Translations under genes and position numbers: made by a program
Notes under the pieces: model-generated
The model's input: the letters and a program-made list of their open reading frames with translations, nothing else
Told to the model about the DNA's origin: nothing
Databases searched by the model: none
Shown: piece by piece, positions 36,001 to 48,769 of the stretch
How the letters are laid out: the number at the start of each line of letters is the position of its first letter
How positions within the stretch are numbered: position 1 is the first letter of the stretch
Source of the DNA: Octopus vulgaris
Taxonomy: Eukaryota
DNA length: 64,000 nt
Assembly: GCA_951406725.2 (NCBI GenBank)
Contig: OX597815.1
Location: forward strand, 27,714,001-27,778,000
Direction of reading: 5' to 3'

Positions 36001-38478
36001 GACAGTTATAAAACCAATTAAAATATCACCCCCCTCCAAAATGTATTAATATATAAATGTGGTATTAATAATTGTTAATTAGACTTGTTACACAGATAAC
36101 AAAAATTTCCATCACTTCAAAGTTTCATTTTTCATGTTCACTTTAAAGCATAAAATTATTGATTTCAGTGATTGCCAAGGGGTTTGTAATTATTACAGTT
36201 CTGCACCATATTTCATATTTTCTGCACTTTTTATTAAACAGGTTATCATAAATATGGTTTTTAAACATGATAATTATACTGTAAAACAGATATATTTATA
36301 TTTACCTTATAATTAATGTTCAGTACATTCAATTTCAATAACCACATCAGAATTACTGACTGGGTATACCATCAGCTTTGTTCTATTCATATATTTTATA
36401 AAAAGTGAAACATCAGTTTCAAAAAATATTGCAAATACATGGACATTTTAAATTTTGTTTTCAGAGAATACTAAAATTTTAGAAGTTTTTAAGTGTCAAA
36501 CTGATTGGAAAAATGAATGAATATCTGTCAATATCAGGATAAAAGAGCAAAAAACAAACAATGTCTGTTAGAAATAGGAAGTGGAAATTCTTTTCCCACT
36601 ATATAAGAAAGCTAAAATAGATTACGAAACAGGAAAATAAGAGAGAAATAGAAAAGATTGAAAAACACAGTTGCTATTTTTATATTTAAATTTGAAATCA
36701 AATATAATAGAATGCAATATATAAAAATAAATTTCCTTAAGAGCATAGTATATTTAGTTGATGTTCTAAGAAACCATACTATTTGTTACTATCTCATGAT
36801 TTTGGTGATTGTGGTCCATAATTGATAATTAGTTCTATGGCTATTTATTATAAAGTGTGTACTCTTTATGCTTCACTTGATATAGACAGCACGAAGTGAA
36901 GCATAAAATTCAATATGGATTGGGGTGGGGGGGAAACAATGAAAGTGATGACACTATTTGATGTCAGTTTTTAAAAAGATACGTTATTTTTGAGCTCTAT
37001 AGGAGATAAACTTCTAATGAGAAAGACCCATAATTTAAATAAAGATTTCTGATTGAAGTAATGTGACTTAAATTGAGCTGTTAATGGTCCTTGGAAAAAC
37101 ATTGTACACTATGGCACACATTGGGCAACTCTGGGTAGCCAGAGGTTTGATCATTTTATTAATTGCTTTTGAAAAAGTACCCCATGCATCAATCTTAACA
37201 AAATGTCGATGTTAGTATATTTTACCAGAACTCTTAATGCCACTGACACCTACTCCTAATCAAAGATAATCAATACTTAAACAGTTTAATGAATCCTGCC
37301 ATGACCAATCTACTTTTTGTATGTCTAGGATTAGGTGCAGAGGTTAGTCATAAGAACATTGGCCTTCTGGCAGCCACACACTTCACTTAGTTCAGTCTGC
37401 AGCCATTGGCTTGTAACTGTTCATGAGGAACATTAACATACATATACATACTTAGTGCTATTTGCATGCTCTAAGAGAAAAGAATGACTTTTTCTTTTGC
37501 AGTATCCCTTTCAATGGTGACTGGTTTTAGAAAGACTAGGATGTGTGAGTGTGTCTTGTGTTGATACTAATATAGGGCACAGACAGATATGTACTGGTAA
37601 CTGTGAATCAGTTCACCTGCTATCAGAGCCCTATGGTTGGGTAACTTTCGCAACCATGTTCTAGATTTAATCCCATTGTGTAGTACATACCAGGTTGATT
37701 AATGACTTCTGGGCTAAATCTGGCAGACAGAAATCAACTATATATGAATTATAGATACACCCTTGTACTCTTATTGTTGAAAATGCAGTAAACCAGTGAT
37801 CAACTCATTGGAAATCTGTAACCAACTATGCTATTGCTCACCAATTAGGATATAAAATGAATACAGGAGCCATTTACACACAATCTAGGTATCTCATATC
37901 AGATATACACTACTTCTTGAAGCAGAGACCTGAAAACTATCTTCCAATAGGAACATGACAAGGTATTCTTGTGCAACAAAGCACCATCATTATGCATATT
38001 AAGGAAATGGCTGCTCACCACACCCTTTCTGTGTATGAACACACAGCTAAAGTTTCCATTGACACAACAGATGCTAAGCCTTGGAATCTCATGATCTCTC
38101 AAGAACATTGCCAAATCTGCCCTACATAGACCACGTTTTCCTCTTCAGAGCAAGAAATATTTCAGCTCTGATCAACTGCTGATCCTTTAAAAAGATCAGC
38201 AGTTGATCAGTAAGATACACATTAGTGTACTGCTCACATATATTGCTACTGCAACAGCCTTGGGTTCTTTGAATCAGCAAGCTGTATATCACCTCCACTG
38301 AAGCCCAGCTGATGCACCTATCTCTCTTCACCCACCACTTCTACTGTCTCAATTATTCAATATTGCTAACTACAATCCTTTGCAATCTTCTCCTCATTCA
38401 CATTTTCCTGCCAAAGGCAATCTTCTAAACATCAAAAAAACAATCTTATTTCTGATTAATATTGACATTATTAATCAT

Positions 38479-38722
38479 GGTAGACGGAAACTGAAAGAAG
38501 CCCGTCGTATATATGTATATATATATGCGTGTGTGTGTTTGTCCCCCTAGCATTGCTTGACAACCGATGCTGGTGTGTTTATGTCCCCGTTACTTAGCGG
38601 TTCTGCAAAAGAGACCGATAGAATAAGTACTGGGCTTACAAAAGAATAAGTCCCGAGTTGCTCGATTAAAGGCGGTGCTCCAGCATGGCTGCAGTCAAAT
38701 GACTGAAACAAGTAAAAGAGTA
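38479..38722 (+). mobile_element. SINE 3' half (ggcgcaggagtggctgtgtgg family)
   Basis: Matches the reverse complement of 41866-42140. Confidence 0.75.
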
Positions 38723-41032
38723 TTATGGTAGACAAAAGGAAGAATCAAAAGAAGAGTGAACCAAAAGACTGTCTAGCTAGCAATATTTAGTTATATTTTG
38801 AGCATGAATCCTACCAAGGTCAGCTTTGCTTATCCTTCTGGGTCACTAAAATATGTTTCAGTTAAATATTGGGTTGATTTAATCAGCTATTCCCATATTT
38901 TGGACATTTGTAGCCTTACGTCCACATCAATATCGATCTTAAAACCACATTTCTACGGGTGTCTGGAGACATTCTTGAGGATATCCTACATATAAAAGAG
39001 TAAATTACAGACTGGAATTCTGTATAAAATATCAGATAATAAGGTTAGATGTGAAAGGCTCACATTTACACAGACAATTCTGACTGACAGGTATGAAACA
39101 GTCAATCACACTATCTAGATTGTACTATGTTAGAAATTTTAAGAACTCACAGACAGTGGCAGTGTAGAGTGTCCATAATTTGGGGGTTGTGGCTTTTACA
39201 GATTACAAGTTTTTGGTCCTTGAAATTGACTAAAACTTGCAGTAGGCTTTGCATATCTTAGCTTCTTCACTTCTCATCATGTTTAACATTAATCTTACAT
39301 AGTTCTTTATCCCCGACCCCACCTCTCTCTGTTGTGATACATTTATTGTTCACCTCACCCATGCTTCCTTTATTTTTCAATGTTTTGGCAGTGACATAGT
39401 TTCTGAAAGCATGATGCATTATTTCAAGCATGCAAAACTTACAAAGAATTAGGTAAGATGGGTTTAATGGACCGGAAGAAAGAAAACTTAGAAGATGGTG
39501 AAGTTTACAAAGGACTAAGTAATAGAATAGAGAACATGTGAGATTAACTTTTTTTTTTCCCCCCAAACAATAGCACATTTAAGAAAAAATGTAAGAGGAA
39601 GGTCTCTTGGTCACCAATTTTAAACCAATTCAGTTTTATTGCTCTGCAAAAGCTAGAAGATAAGTGCTTTGACATAAAGGCACAGAAATATGTTGACTGA
39701 TTCAGGTGACAGAGACTGGGTGTGTCAATACAGCCTAAATACAGTTTCAGCCACATACTGAGCTAATGTGTAGGAGAAGCATTTAACTGAGGGGGAAAAG
39801 AGTAGTACTTCCAAATCTACCTCAATAGTCTTTTGCAGCTCTTAGTAATAGAAATGGAGCATTGAGACAAGCCTATTAAAGTGGGTGAGATAAGAAAGTC
39901 ACTGAACTGTAAAGAAAGGAAAAGACCCAAAAGTAAATTTACCTGCCATCATAGTTTTATTGCAATTTTTTCATACTGGCATAGGTTTGATAGGCCTTAG
40001 TCTTTTTATCATCTCATTTGAAGTTTAGCATCTGGAGATCTGACCTCACCACAACTTATTCTGCAATCATAACCCATAACTTACTCTTCATTGACAACAC
40101 TCATAATCTATTAACTCCCATCATGCTGTATTGTTCTCTTTAATCGTCATAGATATTACATATTCAAAGCCCATACCTCATTACTATGCAGATTTTTAAA
40201 CACAGTACCTTTGTTGTCAACAGAAGTAAACACCACTTCAGTTATATCACAGTCATTGAGATACAAACAAACTAACAACTGTCTAGAGATCCAAAGCAGA
40301 CTTGTTAGGCAATGTGTAAAGTGTATCAGATTCCCAGTTGTGTGAACCAGGAAGTATTCATAAAGATGAGTAAAGACATTATAATTTTAGTCACATTACT
40401 TCATTAAATAAAAAGTTGAAAGTTTTTGATGAAGAAACCGAGAGGTTGGGATAATGTGCAGTTAAGAAAAAAAAAAGAGTCTAATTGCTATTCAACACTA
40501 GATTATGAAAGCTCAACATGTATTTGGCACAAAACTAGCCAATATATACATACATATATATATTTATAGATAGATAGATAGAGAGAGAGAGACCACATTA
40601 AAGAATAGTTAAGTGTTTTGATGAAAGCAACTAGAAATACTAAATAGTAAGTTGGGCAAACTAGAGAGGAATTGATTAGGTTTGGGAAAATCTTAGAAGT
40701 CAATAGAAAGGGAATTCAGAGGTAATTGGAAAAAGATTTTCATAAAAAATGTAAAGGAGATAACAGATCTAGGTAATTAAATATCAAATGAAAATTATAT
40801 CATCAGCAGTAAAGTATGTATGTTCAAGGTGATAAATATAAAAGTCATTTCTTAGACTTGGGTATAGGAGACAACAAAGTCACGATTCATTCTCTTGCCA
40901 CAATATCTGAATTGCAATCTGCTGCAATTCTAGATAATACAAGCAGGGTACTGTAAGACACCTCTTAAAATATCTGGAATATACTAGATCTCAGGCAGCT
41001 GTATAAGTGGCAAGTTACTGGTATCAGATGAT

Positions 41033-41278
41033 TTACCTATTTCTTTACTACTCACAAGGGGCTAAACATAGAGGGGACAAACAAGGACAGATAAATGGAT
41101 TAAGTCGATTATATCGACACCCCCCCCCCCAGTGCGTAACTGGTACTTAATTTTTATCGACCCTGAAAGGATGAAAGGCAAAGTCGACCTTGGCAGAATT
41201 TGAACTCAGAACGTAACGGCAGACGAAGTACTGCTAAGCATTTTGCCTGGTGTGCTAACGTTTCTGCCAGCTCACCGC
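41033..41278 (-). mobile_element. tRNA-derived SINE
   Basis: Same family as 24226-24572. Confidence 0.8.
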
Positions 41279-41865
41279 CATCAGATGGTTTACCATATGA
41301 ATTTCATATTACTTATTGATTTCAGTCTTAGGTAATGCATTCGACATCTAGCACATCATGCATATTTTTAATTGGTGAGCTAGAATAGTGGTGCTAATGA
41401 AAAAGAATGCAAACAAGAATAGGATATATAATTTTAAGTCTCATGGAATTTAAAGATTTTAGCCTAAGAATGAACAAAAGTTTGTGCTAAGTAATGTGAC
41501 TGGACACTGTACTCTTGTGTGATTTCAGGAAAATCAGTCATAACAACCTCAACTAATAAATCATAGAAATGTTCTAGCAATTTTTAATTAATTTGGATTA
41601 CTGGAAAACGTTTGACAGAATTGACCATTGATACCTGGAGGGTATCTGCAATATGGTTACATTAAAACTATCTTCAGATACTGAATCCCTATTTTGAACA
41701 GCAGCATCTATTGATGTTTAAGAGAAATGGTCACAATTGACCATCAAATACTTAATTAAAAGATGCATTACAGTTTGTTGCTTCTCAACTTTTATAGCAG
41801 AAATTGAGCACGTACTGAAAAACAATTTTTTTCAGCTCTATTGTAAAGAGGAGCTATGTTGGTTT

Positions 41866-42273
41866 ACTCTTACTCTTTTACTTGTTTCAGTCATTTGACT
41901 GCGGCCATGCTGGAGCACCGCCTTTAGTTGAGCAAATCGACCCCGGGACTTATTCTTTGTAAGCCCAGTACTTATTTTATCGGTCTCTTTTGCCAAACCG
42001 CAAAATGACGGGGACGTAAACACACCAGCATCGGTTGTCAAGCAATGCTAGGGGGACAAACACAGACACACAAACATATACACACACACATATATATATA
42101 TACATATATACGACAGGCTTCTTTCAGTTTCCGTCTACCAAATCCACCCACAAGGCATTGGTCGGCCCGGGGCTATAGTAGAAGACACTTGCCCAAGATG
42201 CCACGCAGTGGGACTGAACCCGGAACCATGTGGTTGGTTAGCAAGCTACTTACCACACAGCCACTCCTGCGCC
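41866..42273 (-). mobile_element. Full-length tRNA-derived SINE
   Basis: Head GGCGCAGGAGTGGCTGTGTGGTAAG (A box) and GGTTCAGTCCC (B box), an internal microsatellite, and an (AGAGTA)n tail. Confidence 0.85.
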
Positions 42274-43272
42274 TATATTGAGAATTTAAAGCTATACATT
42301 ACAACACAGGAATAAGCTATAAAAGCAAGAAGGTTTATGCTTTGTATTCTTTAACCATACTTCACAGACCAGTTGGCTTTTGTTTGAGAAACTGGTTTTA
42401 TCAATGAAGTTCAGAAGTAGTAGAAACATGATGTGGCTAGGAGCCAAGCAGCTTCAGCTCACAGCCACTGTGCTTCATTTAAAATATTACCCAAGTCAAA
42501 TCAATAAACAGACTTATAACTTAGCAGCACCTGAGAGAGTTAAGTTTATACTGGCCAGTTTTGCTCTCTGGATTAAAAGTTTAATTAAAATGATCAGGGA
42601 CTAGTTCAATCTAGATATCCACGTGGGGAGGGAAAGAGGGAATGAAACTTGAGATGAAGAATTTTATATCTCCTGAAAATGTGTCAAAAAAAAGGTGTGT
42701 CTGGAAAGTTGGGCAGACAAGAATACTAAGATTAGACAGAGACAAAATAAAATATATATATATATAATAAATAATTAAAATATTGTACTCACCCTGATAC
42801 AAAAGATCAGTGCTTTTTTTTTTCCAATCAGTTTAAGAACAAGATGTGAACTTTAAATTTTCAGACAAGATTTTAACAAAAAAGCTTTGTTTGCTCTTGT
42901 CATACCTTTTACTTTTTATCACAATGAAATTTTAAAACATTTGCTATTTTTTATAAATGAACACATTCAGTGAGAATATAATTTGATGTCTAAAATGAAA
43001 ATCTGGTGAATTTTGTTCTGTAATGGCATAAATAATTTTGCCTAAATTATTAAAAAAAAAAAAAAAAAAAAAAAACCCATAGCAATCACAAAATATTTAA
43101 TGAAATAACCACTAATATATTGAAGATGAACTGATCAAGTAGATCAAGGGTAAAAAAAAAAACACACATGCAGTGTACATTTATTAAATTTCATGTTTAA
43201 AACTGAAGCTACATTTTGTCATGATTCCAAATATTGACAATAGTAAAACATAATGAAGCTTTAGTTTCAAAC

Positions 43273-43326
<54 letters not shown>

Positions 43327-43370
43327 ACTATTCTCTTTGTTATCCCTAAAGAGTATATGTGTCTGTATTG

Positions 43371-43406
<36 letters not shown>

Positions 43407-43482
43407 ATAAATTCAGGGTGAATACTTGATACGTGTAAGCACCTGTATATGCCAGCTAGTAGCATAGGTGAGAGGATATATA

Positions 43483-43660
43483 TGTATCAAATGAAATAAA
43501 ATGAAAAACAGGACACAAAGGATATTGCGGTACATATGTTTTGAGCTTTATAGAACAACTTATTCTTACATCTGATGTAAGAATAAGTTGTTCTATAAAG
43601 CTCGAAACATATGTACCACGACATCCTTTGTGTCCTGTTTTTCATTTTATTTCATTTGAT

Positions 43661-43663
<3 letters not shown>
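43483..43663. repeat. 181-bp near-perfect palindrome
   Basis: 90-bp arms (43483-43572 and 43574-43663) around a single central T, with 4 mismatches. Confidence 0.95.
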
Positions 43664-43717
<54 letters not shown>

Positions 43718-44029
43718 CACTCACAGACACACATGATAATTTTGATGAGGGGAGAGAAGAAAAAAAAAATGAAAACTGACTCCCAAAAATCATCCATAAT
43801 AAATAAATAAAATCTAATCTATCCTCTTAAAAATATTAAGGTATTAGAAAATCATTCTTTAGGATGAGATATCAGCAAAAAGAAAAAAAAAAAAACACAT
43901 TAAAACTGGAGTTAAATTACCTGATAGAGAGTATACTATTTGTATGTAGCACAAATACATAACAGACAAACACATCCTGCCAGTTATATTTGGGAATCTG
44001 TCCTGCCATTTTACATATTATGTAACGTA

Positions 44030-44050
44030 TGTTTGTGTGTGTATATATAC

Positions 44051-44081
<31 letters not shown>

Positions 44082-44488
44082 TACACATTCACACATACAC
44101 ATATATACATACACATATAGTTATAATTTATATGTACACATAACGTATTTTTTTAATATAATATAAACATATACACACGCATTAATATAAACATATATAC
44201 ATACATATAAACAGACATGTATGTGTATATATATATATATACATATACATATATACATACACACATTAATATATGCATTCACATATATACACACACAATA
44301 TATGCATTCACATATACACACACACACACAATATATGCATTCACATATATACACATTCATACATATATCCATACAAACATAAATTCATATATATATAAAT
44401 ATATATATATAGATACATATACACACACACACACACACATAAATATGTATGTATACATTTGTATGATTTTCTGCTGCATCAAGGACCT

Positions 44489-44549
<61 letters not shown>

Positions 44550-44550
44550 T
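44030..44550. repeat. Compound (TA)n/(CA)n microsatellite field
   Basis: Directly visible. Similar fields lie at ~43276-43402, 48727-48840 and 52970-53500. Confidence 0.9.
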
Positions 44551-44942
44551 GTATTCCTTATACAGCACCCAACACAAACTCCTGGCAATCTACATTCTTA
44601 TACTGGTACTTTAAAAAAATTCTAAGTTGAGGTACCTAAAACTGTTAAAAGCAATGTTTAAGTATTTTGAAGAGTAAAGTATAGTAACGAGCAAGGAGAT
44701 GGAAAATGAATTTAGCACAACTTAAATACTTGTTATAATTGTTAAACTATAAACGATTTTGTGTAAAAAACTATACCAAATGTGTGGTTGAATATGTCTG
44801 AGTGGTACTTCATCAGGCTAGCATTAGGTCATGCCTCAGCACTGTGTGAAAAATATGTATTTGTCATTGTTTATATAAGGAGGAAACAATGAGTACAAAA
44901 ATAATAATGATGAAAAAGGATAAAGTCAGATAGTAAATTCAG

Positions 44943-45240
44943 CTATAAGAACAAGGTCATCAGTGTAGAGGAGCAGCCAGTCTTGAATTCCTCTATTAAG
45001 GCCTGGAGGACTATGATAATCAAGAGAGGGCTGAGAGCTGATCCTTGGTAAACTCCTAACTGTACACTGAATTCATTGCTATACTCATTGCCAACCTTCC
45101 CCTTACTGGCAGTGTCCCTGTACATGGCTTGTACAGCTCCCACTAACCACTTGTTATCCCTAGATTCCCCATTGACCACCAGATAAGTGAGTGGAAGACT
45201 GTCAAAGGCTTTCTCCATGTTGACAAAAGCCACGCACAGA
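44943..45240 (-). mobile_element. RTE-like RT fragment
   Basis: AFVNMEKAFDS, GVYQGSALSPLL motifs. Confidence 0.8.
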
Positions 45241-45249
45241 GGTCCTGTC

Positions 45250-46420
45250 TACAAAAGGCTCAAGGCCTGAAATTTAGGTGGAGGGGGTAGTGAATTACAA
45301 TGCCCTTTTGCCCCTGTGCTCCACTGGTACTTATTTCATTGACCCCAAGAGCAAGTTGACCTCAGTGGAATTTTAACAAAAAGATGGGTAAAACGCTACT
45401 AATCAGGTTGTCTACTGTGCTAATGATTCTGCTAGCTTGCTGCCTTTAATAATGTTAATAACAGTAATGAAATTAAAATAAAGAAAGAATACAGTAAGAA
45501 TAATAAATGAAAAATCATAGAAATAATAACAAAAATGTTAAGAAAAGGACAGGGTTAGGGTAATAATAATAATAATAATCTCAAATTTTGACACAAGGCC
45601 AGCAAGTTCAGGGGAGGTTGTGAGTTGATTACACTGACCTCAGTGCCCAACTGGCACTTGTTTTATCAACCTCAAGAGGATGAAAGGCTAAGGTGACCTT
45701 GATAAAATTTGAACCCAGAATGTAAAGATGGGTGAACTGCCACTAAGCATTTTGAATGGTATGCTAATAATAACAATAATAAACATAGTAATAATACTAA
45801 TTAGAGACAAACACTATAATAATTATAAGTCTTTCTCATTTTTGGCACAAGGTTAGCAAATTTGAAGGGAGTGGGAAGCCAATTACATCAATTCCAGTGC
45901 CTAACTGGTACTTATTTTATCAACTTCGGAATGATGAAAGCCATGTCTATTCTGATGATATTTAAACTCAACAATTCTTATTTCTTTACTGCCCACTAGG
46001 GGCTACACACAGCGGGGACAAACAAGGACAGACAAATGGATTAAGTCGTAACTGGTACCTATTTAATCGACCCCGAAAGGATGAAAGGCAAAGTTGACCT
46101 CGGTGGAATTTGAACTCAGAACGTAGCGATAGACGAAATACCACTAAGCATTTCACCTAGCATGCTAATGTTTCTGCCAGCTTGTCATCCTAATAATAAT
46201 AATAATGATGATGATGATGATAATAATACTTTGAATTACAGGTACAAATTTGAGGGAAGGAGCAAGTTGATTACATCAACCCCAGTGCATGGCTGGTATT
46301 TACTTTTTTGACCTTGAAAAGATGTAAAGTAAAATCTACATTCACAAAAATTTCAACTCAGAACCTGAAGACAGACAAAAAGCTGCCCAGTGTGCTAACA
46401 ATTCTACCAGCTTGCTGCCT
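45250..46420 (-). mobile_element. Cluster of ~5 same-orientation SINE copies separated by (AAT)n tracts
   Basis: Repeated cacaaggcc...ctggtactt...gaaaggcaaagttgacc...tgaactcagaa units. Confidence 0.75.
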
Positions 46421-47941
46421 TAGCATGATGAAATATTAAGTAAACAGTTTCTTCATTAGCTAATAGGTATGTTAGTTAATTAAAACTCCAGTATTGAAAA
46501 GTATGACGTTAATAATGTAACTACATGAATGGCAGAAATAAAGGGGGAACTGAGGGATTGTTAGGAAGCAAGTATAATAGGCTATAGTGTGACAAAATTG
46601 CAAATGTCCAATAAAGTTCAAAGTGTAAGCTAAACATCAAAGACACATGACCTAATGTTAACCTGATGAAGTGCACGTATTGCATAAGTTTCTACACAAA
46701 ATCATTTACATGCAATATGGTTAGAAGTGGAGTGGTACAGAAACAATTGTAACTAGTATTAAAGTTGTGCTAAATTCAATCTTTATCTTCTTACTTATAT
46801 CAAATATATATATATATATTCACACACATACCTATACATATGTATACATAGACATATACATACACACAATCACGTGTGTGTATAAATATACATCACACAT
46901 AAACATATATCTAATTACACATATGCAGATGTTAGGCAAGGTTTCTATGGCTGGATGCCCTTCCTAACACCAACCACCTTACAGAGGGTACTGGCTGCTT
47001 TTTACAAGACACCAACAGCAGTGAGGACATCAAGCTCTAGAAAATATGCCAAAGCGGACATAGTCTTCTGACTTGCCAGCTCCTGTCAAACCATCTCACC
47101 CATGCTAGCATGGCAGGAGAACATTAAATGATGATGATAATGATGCATATACAGTATCATCATTGCTTTGATGTCCATTTTCCCATGTTTCCATGAGGCA
47201 AATTTTGTTGAGCTGGAGGTTTTCACTGTTGCCAACCCACACCACAAGTGCTATCCATGGAAGAGAGGAAGTGAAAGACACTGCTTGAACAACAGCAATG
47301 CTCTTTGCAACTATCACATGATATCAAGACAAAGAGACACAAATACACACGCATATTCTTGTCTTCACAATGCATGGTAATTGTAAATAATTGACATTGT
47401 CATACGAGGAGTGTCATTCATTTTCAATCTCCTGCAAAATCATGACTGGCTATGGGAAGATATTTCTTTGCTTGAAAGTGGTAAAGGTTGGTGACAGGGA
47501 GAACATCAAGGTGTAGAAAATCTTCTTCAGTGAACTCCATCTGACACATACGAATATGGAAAAGTGGATGCTAAAATGATGATAATGATACAAGTACACA
47601 CACACACGTGTGTGTGTGTTTTATATATATATATATATATATACATACATACAACAGGCTTCTTTCAGTTTCTGTCTACCAAATCCATTCACAAGGCTCT
47701 GGTCAGCCCGAGGCTATAGTAGAAGACACTCGCTCAAGGTGCCACGCAGTGGGATTGAACCTGGAACCACGTGGTTGGTAAGCAAGCTACTTACCATAAA
47801 GCCACTCCTGCACACACACACACACACACACAAATACACACGAACATTCCTTTCATTTCTGTCCATTTTATCACATTGGCATGGGTTAGACAAATATATT
47901 TTTGACGCAATATTTTATAGTTTGATATATATTCTTTTCTA

Positions 47942-48660
47942 ATCTAGGCACAAGGCCAAAACTTTTTGGAGAGAGAGTCAGTCGATTAGATTGATGCCAG
48001 TATGCAACTGGTACTTAATTTATCAACCCCGAAAGGATGAAAGGCAAAGTCAACCTTGGCGGAATTTGAACTCAGAACATAAAGACAGACGAAATACTGC
48101 TAAGCATTTTGCCCAAAATGCTAACGTTTCTTAATACTTTATTGCCCACAATGGGCTAAACATAGAGGGGACATACAAGGACAGACAAAGGGATTAAGTT
48201 GATTACATCAACTCCAGTGCGTAACTGGTACTTAATTTATTGACCCTGAAAAGACAAAAGGCAAAGCTGACCTCGGCGGAGTTTGAACTCAGGACATAAA
48301 GACAGACGAAATACTGCTAAGCATTTCACCCGACATGCTAACGTTTCTGCCAGCTTGCCGCCTTCAAAATATGCTAAAGTTTCTGCCAGCTCGCCGCCTT
48401 ACTTTGATATATATCCAACAATAAAATATTCTTTTCAACTCTAGGCACAAGGCCCAAAATTTTTGGGGGTGGGGGTGGGGGGGGGGGGGGCGGCAGTCGA
48501 TTAGATTGACCCCATTATGCAACTGGTACTTAATTTATCGACCCTGAAAGGATGAAAGGCAAAGTCGACCTCGGTGGAATTTGAACTCAGAACATAGACA
48601 AAATACTGCTAGGCATTTCGCATAACGTGCTAACATTTTCTGCCAGCTTGCCACCTTCAA
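47942..48660 (-). mobile_element. Cluster of 3 tandem or nested SINE copies
   Basis: Same family core repeated three times. Confidence 0.8.
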
Positions 48661-48724
48661 ACGATAAAAATATTGCCTCAAAAATATATTTGTCTAACCC
48701 ATGCTAGCATGATAAAACAGACAG

Positions 48725-48769
<45 letters not shown>

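Noticed and set aside
42200-42273. tRNA-like sequence with A and B boxes
   Set aside because: It is the head of a SINE with body and tail attached, not a tRNA cloverleaf.
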